Below are positions 1 through 8,768 of a DNA stretch of 25,293 bases, piece by piece (positions within the stretch are counted from its first letter, which is position 1; each line of letters begins with the position of its first letter). A model generated the notes under the pieces. The model did not search any database. It was not told the origin of the DNA and saw only the letters and a list, made by a program, of their open reading frames with translations. The translations under genes were made by a program, and so were the position numbers. This DNA is from a virus (taxonomy: Duplodnaviria; Heunggongvirae; Uroviricota; Caudoviricetes): IMG/VR virus record IMGVR_UViG_3300045020_000158, positions 64,001 through 89,293 of that record, one strand, 5' to 3'.

Positions 1-1122
1 CAGATCCGCATCATACCGCAGAGTCGTGACAGGACTCGTGTTCTGATCCTTCAGAAGATTCTTTGCTTCCTTGGCTTGAAGCGTCAATTGTGGCGACGGA
101 ACTTTGCCGAATGTTGGACATAATTCCAGCGCCAACAGTTTTTTCAATGCCCGGTTATAGCCCTGCGGCAAATTGACCAACTGCGTAAGCGATGTGAACT
201 GCGACAGGATCAGATCGGTGTACAGGAATACCTGTCCTGCGATGCTTGGATTCGGATAGACCCAGAGCGTGCCCAGCGGGAAGGTCGGCTGATAAGATGC
301 CAGATATGGCCACGGACCTGGGACGTTCTTGAGTCCGATTTCGTTGTAACGCTCAAATGAGACGAGCTCAAACCAGTAGTCGAGTCCTGTCGCCGCCGAA
401 GTCGTGACGCGCGTGAAGCTGCGCCGGATGCGCGCCGGACGCTGAAATGCGAAGTCACCCGGCGTCGTGTAGGTGATCTGATCGCCCGTCGTCAGCGTCT
501 GACCGGCTGGATTCGACATGGTGACGGTGCTGGTATTGACGTTCGCCGCTGTCGAGGGCGCTCCGGTCAATGCGGGTGTCCAACTGACGCTGCTGTAGCC
601 ATTGGTAAGGGTGCCAGAGCGGAATTCGCCGTCGCTGAAGGAGACCAGATACAGGCCGCTGGGGCCAGCCCAGGGCACGGTGATGACGCCGCTGGTGCCC
701 GTAGGCGCAGCCGTAAAGGTAATCGCGACTGGCGTCGGGTTTGAGCTGAGGGCCGTCACCGTCGTACCACTCGGGATTGAGGCCAATTGGTCCGTCAACG
801 TCGCGCCAATCGACAGAGCGCTTGGAATTGAGGCGCCCGTGATGACATTGTTGTTCTGCGTCGTATATCCAATGAATGGAAGGGCCGCGGTCGGATTGCC
901 GATGGTGTACTGATACTGACCGGGCGTCCATTGAACGATGTTCTCGTTCTGGGTGTAGATGAACGCCTGGTCAATCGAGAGGGAATCCAGAAGGTCATTC
1001 AGGATCTGCATGCAGACCGAGGCGATCTGCGCATTCAACGGCTGGCCCGGCGAATAGGCATTGATGTTGAGCAGAGCCCCCAGAATGATATCGGAGGCAG
1101 TGCTCGTGACGTTGCCGGTCAT
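1..1122 (-). CDS. Head-to-tail adaptor / DNA stabilization protein (P22 gp4-like), 3' end outside the window, >374 aa
   Basis: Missing from the ORF track because it has no stop in the window. ATG at 1122 overlaps the methyltransferase stop (ATGA) and the frame is open to base 1. MTGNVTSTASDIILGALLNINAYSPGQ...ILNDLLDSLS...YQYTIG...RP...LWVYPNP...LPQGYNRALKKLLALELCPTFG matches the adaptor pattern I recognise downstream of P22-like coat genes. Confidence 0.75.
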   Translation of the reverse strand, partial: MTGNVTSTASDIILGALLNINAYSPGQPLNAQIASVCMQILNDLLDSLSIDQAFIYTQNENIVQWTPGQYQYTIGNPTAALPFIGYTTQNNNVITGASIPSALSIGATLTDQLASIPSGTTVTALSSNPTPVAITFTAAPTGTSGVITVPWAGPSGLYLVSFSDGEFRSGTLTNGYSSVSWTPALTGAPSTAANVNTSTVTMSNPAGQTLTTGDQITYTTPGDFAFQRPARIRRSFTRVTTSAATGLDYWFELVSFERYNEIGLKNVPGPWPYLASYQPTFPLGTLWVYPNPSIAGQVFLYTDLILSQFTSLTQLVNLPQGYNRALKKLLALELCPTFGKVPSPQLTLQAKEAKNLLKDQNTSPVTTLRYDADL

Positions 1123-1715
1123 GGGGCTTTGGGGGGTTCCTTGGTGGCGACGCAGGTGGCGATCACGTCGAGAATTGCGTCTTTGTAGTTGGTCATGGCG
1201 AACTGTTGGTATTCAGTGTTGCGCACACTTAGGTCCTGTCGCATCGTATAACCCCATGTGCAATTCCAGTTGCAATCATAGCCCGTTGAGTTCCATTTGA
1301 TGTCGGTGTGCGGAGCGTTCTGCAGGCGCCAGAGGCGGTCCAGATAGTAGAACGCCATTTCGCTGAAGGCTTCCCGATGAGTCGGATCACCATAGTAACG
1401 GTTCGATGCCCAGTGCGGAAAAATCAATGTCATTTTTCCGAACGGCTTCATTACACGGAAGGCTTCGTTGAAAAAATGCGTACGCTCCCATTTGCCTTCG
1501 AAGTTGGTCAGGTGCTCAAGAAAGTGGGATGCGAACAGTTCATCGACGCTATTGTCAGCCCATGGCCATGTTTCGGAACCTACGTCACAGACGACATCGA
1601 CGTTATCGAATTTGATGCGATCTACGTCGGTCCAGCCGTCGCCTTTTTTCGTCGGGCCGGAGCCCAAGTTCAGTTTCAGAATTGTGGACTCATTTGGTTT
1701 CACTACTGCGTTCAT
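1119..1715 (-). CDS. Class I SAM-dependent methyltransferase (Methyltransf_11-like), 198 aa
   Basis: Motif I KLNLGSG, then D-V-D, WPWADNSVDELFASHFLEHL and EAFRVMKPFGKMTL. Confidence 0.9.
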   Translation of the reverse strand: MNAVVKPNESTILKLNLGSGPTKKGDGWTDVDRIKFDNVDVVCDVGSETWPWADNSVDELFASHFLEHLTNFEGKWERTHFFNEAFRVMKPFGKMTLIFPHWASNRYYGDPTHREAFSEMAFYYLDRLWRLQNAPHTDIKWNSTGYDCNWNCTWGYTMRQDLSVRNTEYQQFAMTNYKDAILDVIATCVATKEPPKAP

Positions 1716-2650
1716 TTAATCTTCCGCTGGTATTAATGGTATTTGGACATCATCGTCCTTAAACTTTTTCTTAGATTCGAAATAGCAGGCACGAGAGCAA
1801 TTTTTAGGACTTTTTGATTCGGCAACCCATTTCGGCACGTGAAAAATCTTTCCGCAATTGCCACAAGTCAAATCCACGCCTGGGTTGGTCTTTTTTCTAG
1901 CCTCGGCATTTTTTAAAATGCGCTGAGCTTTCTTCACCGGATCAGCCCAAGCTGCCTTAATTCCAGCAACCTGCTTCTCTACAAACTCTTCAGAGCGCTT
2001 TCCATAGAGTTTGCCTCGCTTTGAATCACCGATCTTTTTTCGCCATTCCGGGTTGGCGGCGCGTTCAGCGGCAAAATGCTTCATAGCCTTTTTCATTTCA
2101 GGAGTAGCCATCGCAGCTTTAACTCCAGCCGATATCTTTTCTCTATGTTCTACGCTCCCACTTCGAGAGCGTTTTTCATAATTTCTATGTTCCCACGGCG
2201 CACGCCCATTTATTCGACGTGATTCAAATAATTCTTTGCGAGTCAGGGCTGCCTTTTTAGATTGTTCTCGTAGTCTATTGCGCTCAATTTCTACTGAGAA
2301 TCTTTTTTTCTGACTCTCAGACATTCGTGCTCTGGTTTCATCGGTTATCTGTCGACCAATGATTCCCTCGCCGCCATCCGTCATGTTGTATCCATGTGGA
2401 TATTTAGTACCGAATGCGATAATCGCCTTCTTCTCAAGATCGCATAGATAATCCCATTTATTGGCGATCACGAGAGTTTTTACGATGAAATTCTCAGGTT
2501 TATATTTTCTCAGAGCCGAATAGATAACTCCGTTTTCGCGCCGTCCCAAAGCGTGTTCAACATGCTTCGCAAAACGTTTTCTGCAGTTTTTGTAGTGATC
2601 CCTACATAGCTCTTTCCACTCGATGACGTTAATTGATAGAGACAGCCCAT
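1716..2650 (-). pseudogene. Free-standing GIY-YIG homing endonuclease with a one-base frameshift near 2577-2600
   Basis: ATG at 2650 after an AGGA RBS reads MGCLYQLTSSSGKSYVGITTKTAE, carrying the GIY and YIG-like motifs. The rest of the domain (KRFAKH...LEKKAI...GYNMTDGGEG) is in the -1 frame, ORF 1716..2549. It has a basic C-terminal region with CxxC...CSRAC and is AT-rich relative to its neighbours. Confidence 0.8.
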
Positions 2651-2673
2651 TTTTATTCCTATTTTATGTGTAA

Positions 2674-3414
2674 TTACCAGACATGGTCTGGAGGTCCGAA
2701 ATCACCTCGGAAATCCAGGTGCCCGGATTTTACACTACAATCGACTGCAGCTCTATAACCATATTTTCTTGCGTCGCTCCAAAAATGGAGGTCTTGCGTT
2801 GAGATGCCGCCCTCAGTTTGTGTTTTAAACCAAGGTTTGCGTAAGCGCTCATCTTTAAACATGGAAAGGCGAAACAAACACATTCCCATGCCAAGTCCAC
2901 AAACTTCAACCAAACCACCGTTAGGATCTGGAAGTTGGGGCATGAAGTTAGGTTCCGGAATGGAAGGAGAACCCCAGCCCTGAAAACATCCGCCCGGTCC
3001 CTTACAAAAATACGAGGCGCTCAACGCGGAATACTCCGGATGCTCCTCCATGCGTTCCAACAGTTTCAACAATCCGTCGGATGGAACCAGATTGTCGTGT
3101 TCGAGCGTGAGAATATATTCCCATTGGCTTAAATCCGGGTTCGCCAAGATTTGTTCGATGGCAGTTGAATAAGCAACTCCAACTTCCATTCCCTGAGCAA
3201 GAATCCTAACAACTCCGTTGTTGGGTGGAAAAGCCAGATTCCAATGAGATAAGGCAACCTTAGCCGGAATCAAATCTGCTGCGGGCAGGATAACTACAAT
3301 TCTCTGCCGGCGCCAGGAACCTCCTTTTAAAAGGCGCGCGCGCGTAGCATTGAGATCTTTATTGTGCTCTCCACAAAAATCATCCTGCACAATCAAAGCC
3401 GGTTTATTCGCCAT
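2674..3414 (-). CDS. GT-A fold glycosyltransferase-like protein, 246 aa
   Basis: EYILTLEHDN (DxD-equivalent), CGLGMGMCLFRLSMF, RKPWF, TQDLHF and AVDCSVKSGHLD follow the pattern of phage GT2-like proteins. Confidence 0.8.
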   Translation of the reverse strand: MANKPALIVQDDFCGEHNKDLNATRARLLKGGSWRRQRIVVILPAADLIPAKVALSHWNLAFPPNNGVVRILAQGMEVGVAYSTAIEQILANPDLSQWEYILTLEHDNLVPSDGLLKLLERMEEHPEYSALSASYFCKGPGGCFQGWGSPSIPEPNFMPQLPDPNGGLVEVCGLGMGMCLFRLSMFKDERLRKPWFKTQTEGGISTQDLHFWSDARKYGYRAAVDCSVKSGHLDFRGDFGPPDHVW

Positions 3415-3433
3415 AGTGACTCACAAATATCAA

Positions 3434-4114
3434 TTATTGAACCCACGCAATCGTTGCGGTGTTGGCCGCCGCAATCAGCGCAAATGCCATGACTCCAGTT
3501 TCATTAGCTGTGCCGGCCGTGCCCGGTGCCATGGTCGGTATAGTTCCTCCTGCGCTCGCGTTATATCCTGCAGCCCAAGCTCCGATGCTACCGTTGGTGC
3601 TGGTCAGGGATGCCGGAATCGTAAAGCCACCCGTACCCGCTACAGGCTGCGTATTGGCCGCAGAAGTCGTATCCGTGAGCGCCAACATATAAACTAAGTC
3701 GCCCGCATTACCAACGCTACCACCCGGTGTTAGTGTTTGCCCCACAGTAGGATTCGTCACCAGTTGACTGATAGCTGCTGCTCGCAGAGCCGGAAGCGTG
3801 TCCTCAATGAGGATAGCGACGTAGTCACCCGTGCCGGTGTAGTTCACCGTAAGAGTATGCGTACCCGACGCAACACTACCCGTGGCAATCGCGCAAACCA
3901 GAGCGGTACCACCCGCCGTTAGCGCGAGAACCGGACCAGAAATGGTCCAGATCGTCCCAGCACTGTCAGTGATCGAGGTAATGCCCGGTGTCGTCGTGAT
4001 GTTGAAAAACAGAAATGCGAACAGGCCATGGAGCGCCGTCACCCCGGTCAATGACGGTCCCGAAGTGCCACTGGTATAGAAAGTCCCGAAGTCAACACTC
4101 TGAACGTAACTCAC
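3434..4114 (-). CDS. Ser/Thr/Gly-rich beta-sandwich virion protein with C-terminal TATIAWVQ tag, 226 aa
   Basis: Likely start is GTG at 4114, overlapping the upstream stop (GTGA). The track's longer start at 4258 lies inside the previous gene. Paralogous to 7322..8056 and 8079..8768. Confidence 0.7.
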   Translation of the reverse strand: MSYVQSVDFGTFYTSGTSGPSLTGVTALHGLFAFLFFNITTTPGITSITDSAGTIWTISGPVLALTAGGTALVCAIATGSVASGTHTLTVNYTGTGDYVAILIEDTLPALRAAAISQLVTNPTVGQTLTPGGSVGNAGDLVYMLALTDTTSAANTQPVAGTGGFTIPASLTSTNGSIGAWAAGYNASAGGTIPTMAPGTAGTANETGVMAFALIAAANTATIAWVQ

Positions 4115-5310
4115 GTGAACTGACCCAGTAGCGTTGTAACGTTGCTCGAATTCGTCGCATACAAATACTTTCCGGCCAAAGACTGGTAGAAAACGCCACC
4201 GTGCAGGCGGAATTGCACGGAGCCATTGGTCCACCAACTGGGGCTTTCGATCGTGCACATTGCTTTGCGTGTGCTGCCGGCATAAGTCGCCGAATCGAGT
4301 ATCTCAATACGTGCCGCTGCGCCGACATTTCCCGAACTCGGACCTGCGAGGTAATACTCACTCTGCACCACATAGCAATTGTTATCAACGCTCCAGTTAG
4401 GATCGGTACCGCTCGTATATTGCACAAATCCTGGTAACGTACAGATCTGATAGCCGTTATAGGCGGAACTGCTGGTCACCAGAATCACATTGTTGCTATA
4501 GGCTCCGATCGTCTGGGCGGTCCCATCCCAGACGCCGGTCCAGAGAATATTACCTGTACCGGCGCCTTGGGCTGCATTGATCTGCACCCATTTGCAGTTG
4601 CAGATTGGAACACCGGTTTTAGGATATGGCGTTGAATTCCAAACCCACTCGGTCGCAGTCCCAACGGGTAGATTGCTGGCCAATCCGGGCGCATTGTTGG
4701 ACAACCATTCCCATTGATTCGAGATGGTTTGATTATCCACCGCATTATAAATATCGGTGTCATTGAATCCACCTCCGCCGGTCTTGTCGCAATACCACCA
4801 AGACAGCTTGACCTGTGGAGTGCCCGAAGTTGAAATCGATGTGTAGTTGCAACCCGATGGAAAATAGACAATCTCGGAAACAAATACCTCGGCCATCTGG
4901 GAAGGTGCCGTCACCACGATGCCGCCCCAGCCGCCTCCAGAGCTCACTGTGCCGATGCGGGAATCATTGGACGTGATCATGCCCTGTCCATATGGAAGTC
5001 CTGAGCCACTCACGCAATATGGATAACCGTTGCCATTCGGGACCCACGTGCCACCGGATACCAAGAAATCCGGTCCATTGGCGACAAGACTACCAGGTGT
5101 CTCATTGGCAAAATTCTTATAGGCGATCAACTGAGGCCCGATTGCACCGAAACTGCTGCCACTGATGGTCATCAGTTGGCCTTCGCCGATTCCTGAAGGT
5201 GCGGACAATGAGAAGCCGGACTGCGGAGTGAACCCGATACCGGAGGCGTAGAGATTGCCGGCAGCTCCTGCGATATGCGCACCCACCATGTAAAGGCTGG
5301 GAACGCTCAA
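4111..5310 (-). CDS. Putative virion appendage / carbohydrate-binding protein, 399 aa
   Basis: N-terminal MSVPSLYMVGAHIAG is shared with the GH5 protein. It is followed by an IPT-like segment (GQLMTISGSSFG) and a Trp/Tyr/Asn-rich beta region. The function is inferred. Confidence 0.6.
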   Translation of the reverse strand: MSVPSLYMVGAHIAGAAGNLYASGIGFTPQSGFSLSAPSGIGEGQLMTISGSSFGAIGPQLIAYKNFANETPGSLVANGPDFLVSGGTWVPNGNGYPYCVSGSGLPYGQGMITSNDSRIGTVSSGGGWGGIVVTAPSQMAEVFVSEIVYFPSGCNYTSISTSGTPQVKLSWWYCDKTGGGGFNDTDIYNAVDNQTISNQWEWLSNNAPGLASNLPVGTATEWVWNSTPYPKTGVPICNCKWVQINAAQGAGTGNILWTGVWDGTAQTIGAYSNNVILVTSSSAYNGYQICTLPGFVQYTSGTDPNWSVDNNCYVVQSEYYLAGPSSGNVGAAARIEILDSATYAGSTRKAMCTIESPSWWTNGSVQFRLHGGVFYQSLAGKYLYATNSSNVTTLLGQFT

Positions 5311-5317
5311 ATGCAGA

Positions 5318-7321
5318 TCATCCCAGCACGGCCAACATCAATTGGTAGCCGGTGAACACGCCGCTACGCGCCGCGACGTCAGTCAACACCAGGGTCGCCT
5401 GGGCCGTTGTCGTAATATAGAACGGCTGCGCAGGCGTATAGCTTAGATATGCCGCCGCGCCCGCATTGGAGCCCGATAGCTGCGGTACGGTCATGGTGAT
5501 TGGTCCGACAGTCTGAGAATTGTTGACCGTCCATGAGCTTCCGGAACCACCCGTAATGGTCGTTCCGGACGTTATCCCGGTACCAATGATCAACTGTCCG
5601 ATGGCGAGCGTCCCTGTCACGCCGGAAGTGGTGAGCGCAGTGCCCGAAATCGTGCCCGTAAAGGTCACCGTGGGACTGCTTAATACGGTCGGCGTACCTT
5701 CAGAATCCTGCAATGTATAGCCATAAACGGCAGAATTACCGTTCGCTGCCTTCAGAAACTGCCAACCCAAAAATAAACAGGGTATGGGCAACTTGTACGT
5801 CAATGTGCCGCCGCTGATTGGCCCATCAGAATTTGGTCCCACCATATTGACATACCACGGATAGAGCTTCGCTCCGCAAGTCAATTGCCAGTTGAAATCG
5901 CAATCGACAATCTCGTGATATCCTTGCGTGCTCGCATTGTTCTGATTTTTGCAGCCTCTGAAACGGATCAGCGGCACGCCACCGGAATTAGTGCCGCTCG
6001 TGACAATGAATCCGGCCGCATTGTTGTTCTGGAGAAGCGTGCAATCGTCATATGTGATACTGGACTGGAAGTTATAATCATTCGATGTGTAGTTGTAGAC
6101 GTGTTGTCCAGGAATATCGGATTCGCGAAATGAAATGATCGCGCCCGATGTATTAGAGGACGTGACCGATACATATTGTTGAGTGGCCGGTCTGTTGTTG
6201 ACCTGGGAACTGCCGTCGTAGTTTTTTATTGAAATGTTGCCGATTGGCCACTGCGTCTGCAAAAGCAGAGATTCGTTAGATGAATGTTCGACCCGCAGTC
6301 CGTTGACGCGGAAACTGCATACTCCTTCGGCGTGCGTCGCCCCCATGAGATTGAACAGATAGGTATTGGTCGTCGGCGCGTGATTGCTGACATCACAGTC
6401 ATCAATCGAGAACTGACCACCGTAATAGGCAATGATCCAGGCACCGTTGGCAGCATCCCAGAACTTGCAGTGGGACCACCAGTGATTGACGAACTGATCG
6501 CTGCCGACAACGGCTGTGGAAGTGCCATTCGTATTGGGTGTCACAGCAGATCCGCCGGCAGTCGCTGAGACTACAATCGAAGTCGCGCTCGCCGAGATGA
6601 TGTAATAGGTTGTCGCGGACGAAATATTCCCCACCGTGGTCGAAAAGGTAATCGATGAGCCCAACACGAAACCCAGCGCGGAATTGATCAGCGCGATCGT
6701 TGGATTGCTGGCTGTGAATGTCGCAGTCTGACTCTGCGGAATATGTAGCCACGCCGTTACGGGCGCATCGACCGTGCAGGATTCCCAACGCCATTCACTG
6801 TTGTTATTACCGCCGGCAAGCAACGCGATATACTGCCAGCTACCCTCCCAGGAGACATTTCGGAAACGATAATCCTGGATATTCGATAATCCACCCTGCT
6901 CCAGCGAATGGATGAAATCCGAATTCGCATCCGTGCAGTAAAAGGTCATATCCTCGAAAGTCGGATTGAGCCAATATTTATTGATGCACATCGGGCCACT
7001 GACCGAAGGCACGTAATGAATACGTGTCAGATCGATGCCTGCGCCGCGCCATTTGATACCGATCCCCTTGATGGCAAGACCGGCATTGCCCATGAAGGCG
7101 CCGCTCGTATTGATATAGAAATCGCCGGGACCTAAGGTCAAAGTCAAATTGCCGGTGTCACTGCTGAATCCTGATGGAGCGCTCAATGCCGTCACCGCCG
7201 CAGCCTCAAAAGCTGCAAAGGCTACTGCATCCAATGCTCCTGTGGTATCGCCAGAGGGCACAAGCCAGCTCGTGGCATTCGTACCATACATGCCACCGGG
7301 CAACAGGACAGCCAGAGTCAT
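5318..7321 (-). CDS. Tailspike-like parallel beta-helix (pectin-lyase-like) protein, 667 aa
   Basis: The N-terminal pattern VPSGDTTGALDAVAF...LTLGPGDFYIN...WRGAGIDLTRI and the recurring F-x-D/N-x-x-F strands are typical of Pectate_lyase_3-like spikes. Confidence 0.7.
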   Translation of the reverse strand: MTLAVLLPGGMYGTNATSWLVPSGDTTGALDAVAFAAFEAAAVTALSAPSGFSSDTGNLTLTLGPGDFYINTSGAFMGNAGLAIKGIGIKWRGAGIDLTRIHYVPSVSGPMCINKYWLNPTFEDMTFYCTDANSDFIHSLEQGGLSNIQDYRFRNVSWEGSWQYIALLAGGNNNSEWRWESCTVDAPVTAWLHIPQSQTATFTASNPTIALINSALGFVLGSSITFSTTVGNISSATTYYIISASATSIVVSATAGGSAVTPNTNGTSTAVVGSDQFVNHWWSHCKFWDAANGAWIIAYYGGQFSIDDCDVSNHAPTTNTYLFNLMGATHAEGVCSFRVNGLRVEHSSNESLLLQTQWPIGNISIKNYDGSSQVNNRPATQQYVSVTSSNTSGAIISFRESDIPGQHVYNYTSNDYNFQSSITYDDCTLLQNNNAAGFIVTSGTNSGGVPLIRFRGCKNQNNASTQGYHEIVDCDFNWQLTCGAKLYPWYVNMVGPNSDGPISGGTLTYKLPIPCLFLGWQFLKAANGNSAVYGYTLQDSEGTPTVLSSPTVTFTGTISGTALTTSGVTGTLAIGQLIIGTGITSGTTITGGSGSSWTVNNSQTVGPITMTVPQLSGSNAGAAAYLSYTPAQPFYITTTAQATLVLTDVAARSGVFTGYQLMLAVLG

Positions 7322-8056
7322 CTATTTAATCCATGCCAGAGTTGCCGTGGAAGAGGGCAATCCCTGTGCCTTGAAGGCCATGGTGAAAGCTGCCCAATTG
7401 TGGGTGTTGGTCGTTGAGCCATAGAGAAATGTATCGTTATAGGAACCTGCAGCCTGATTGACGAGAGCGCTCATGGCACCGGGATACGCCGAAGTTGTGC
7501 CGGTGCCGTCTGTAAACGACTGCAGAATATTGTTCCAACCGGCCGTGTCCGTGACAGTATCTCCAGAGGATGTTGTGCCATCCTGTGTGGCCATGATCGC
7601 TGCCAGCAAAAACGCGTCGGCACTTGAAGCCACCGCGGTCGGAGACGGAATTGACGTACCGATCGCTGTATCTCCATTTGTCGGCATCGCGAAATTATCC
7701 AGAACGGCATGATTGCCAGCGAATCCTTCAATCTCACAGAAAAATGCCTGCCCCGTGCCGAAACTCGAGGTATTGACCGTCACAACATGCGTATTGCCCC
7801 CCGCACCATTCACGCAAGCATATGCCGTGAGCGTTTTGCCACCGAAACCGAAAGTTTCACTCGTGCCGATCTGGTTATAAATGTTCCCTGTCGCGACTCC
7901 GCCGACTGTATCGGAAATACCCGTGAAGGTTCCGGTGGTGGATAAAATCACCACAAACGTACTCAAGCTCGTCTGCGTATTGACACTTGGCAATGTCAAC
8001 GTTTCAGTGAAGTTATTCCAGATCAGCGTATTGGCGCCGAGAGTCAGATTCGGCAT
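7322..8056 (-). CDS. Beta-sandwich virion protein with C-terminal TATLAWIK tag, 244 aa
   Basis: Abuts the next gene and has T/G/S-rich composition. Paralogous core and C-terminus with 3434..4114 and 8079..8768. Confidence 0.7.
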   Translation of the reverse strand: MPNLTLGANTLIWNNFTETLTLPSVNTQTSLSTFVVILSTTGTFTGISDTVGGVATGNIYNQIGTSETFGFGGKTLTAYACVNGAGGNTHVVTVNTSSFGTGQAFFCEIEGFAGNHAVLDNFAMPTNGDTAIGTSIPSPTAVASSADAFLLAAIMATQDGTTSSGDTVTDTAGWNNILQSFTDGTGTTSAYPGAMSALVNQAAGSYNDTFLYGSTTNTHNWAAFTMAFKAQGLPSSTATLAWIK

Positions 8057-8078
8057 GGCCGTTCAACTGTTTCGCGAT

Positions 8079-8768
8079 TCAGACGACCCATGCGATGGAA
8101 GCTGTCGCGCCCGGTGCAGTGTAGGTAAATCCGGCAACTGCTGTGGCGCTCTGATTAGAAGGTGTCCAGGCCCACGCGCAGGTCAACGCTGAAGCACTCG
8201 TGATGATCTGCGCATTCGCCTCGCAAACTTCGTAGGTTGCACCGTTCTGTTGGACAACCCAACAGCTATGGCTTGCCGAGTCGCTCAGGGAACCCAGTGA
8301 TTGGAAGCCAGTCGTCGTGCAGTGCATGGCGTCGTTCGATGCACTGCCAGTCTCACCACAGATCGCGATAACCACTTCGCTCGATGATCCGGGAGTATAA
8401 CTTGCACTCGTCGCCGTGGCGGCAGCGCCGTTAAATCCGGTGACTCCTGTTCCTCCAGTACCCGTGATGCCATTCCATTCGCTGATGCCAGCCGTAGAAG
8501 CATCTGGCGTAGTGGCCCATGTCAACGTATGGGTACCTGCATTGGCATTAAGCAAGTAGGCAATTGCAATCGACTGATTCTGTCCATTTCCAGACACCCG
8601 CAGCGTCCAGGTCTGGCCTGAAGAATCGGTTGGGGCTGCGAGCGTGAGGGCGTCATACACGTGATACGTGCTGATCAATGTGTTGCCGGCCGTCACTCCG
8701 GTAATCGTCGGCTGATTGGTGCCGGAAGTTACCGAGTTCGTAGCACCATTCTGAACAAAACCTGTCAT
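8079..8768 (-). CDS. Beta-sandwich virion protein with C-terminal TASIAWVV tag, 229 aa
   Basis: TGATG overlap with the GH5 gene. Same paralog family as the two genes above. Confidence 0.7.
   Translation of the reverse strand: MTGFVQNGATNSVTSGTNQPTITGVTAGNTLISTYHVYDALTLAAPTDSSGQTWTLRVSGNGQNQSIAIAYLLNANAGTHTLTWATTPDASTAGISEWNGITGTGGTGVTGFNGAAATATSASYTPGSSSEVVIAICGETGSASNDAMHCTTTGFQSLGSLSDSASHSCWVVQQNGATYEVCEANAQIITSASALTCAWAWTPSNQSATAVAGFTYTAPGATASIAWVV

Noticed and set aside
1716-2673. GIY-YIG gene as part of a third intron
   Set aside because: No group I core elements flank it, and the neighbouring GT and methyltransferase genes each look complete.
4115-4258. Longer start for the 274-aa ORF
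   Set aside because: It overlaps the upstream 399-aa gene by 148 nt. GTG 4114 gives a standard 4-nt overlap and matches the paralog starts.
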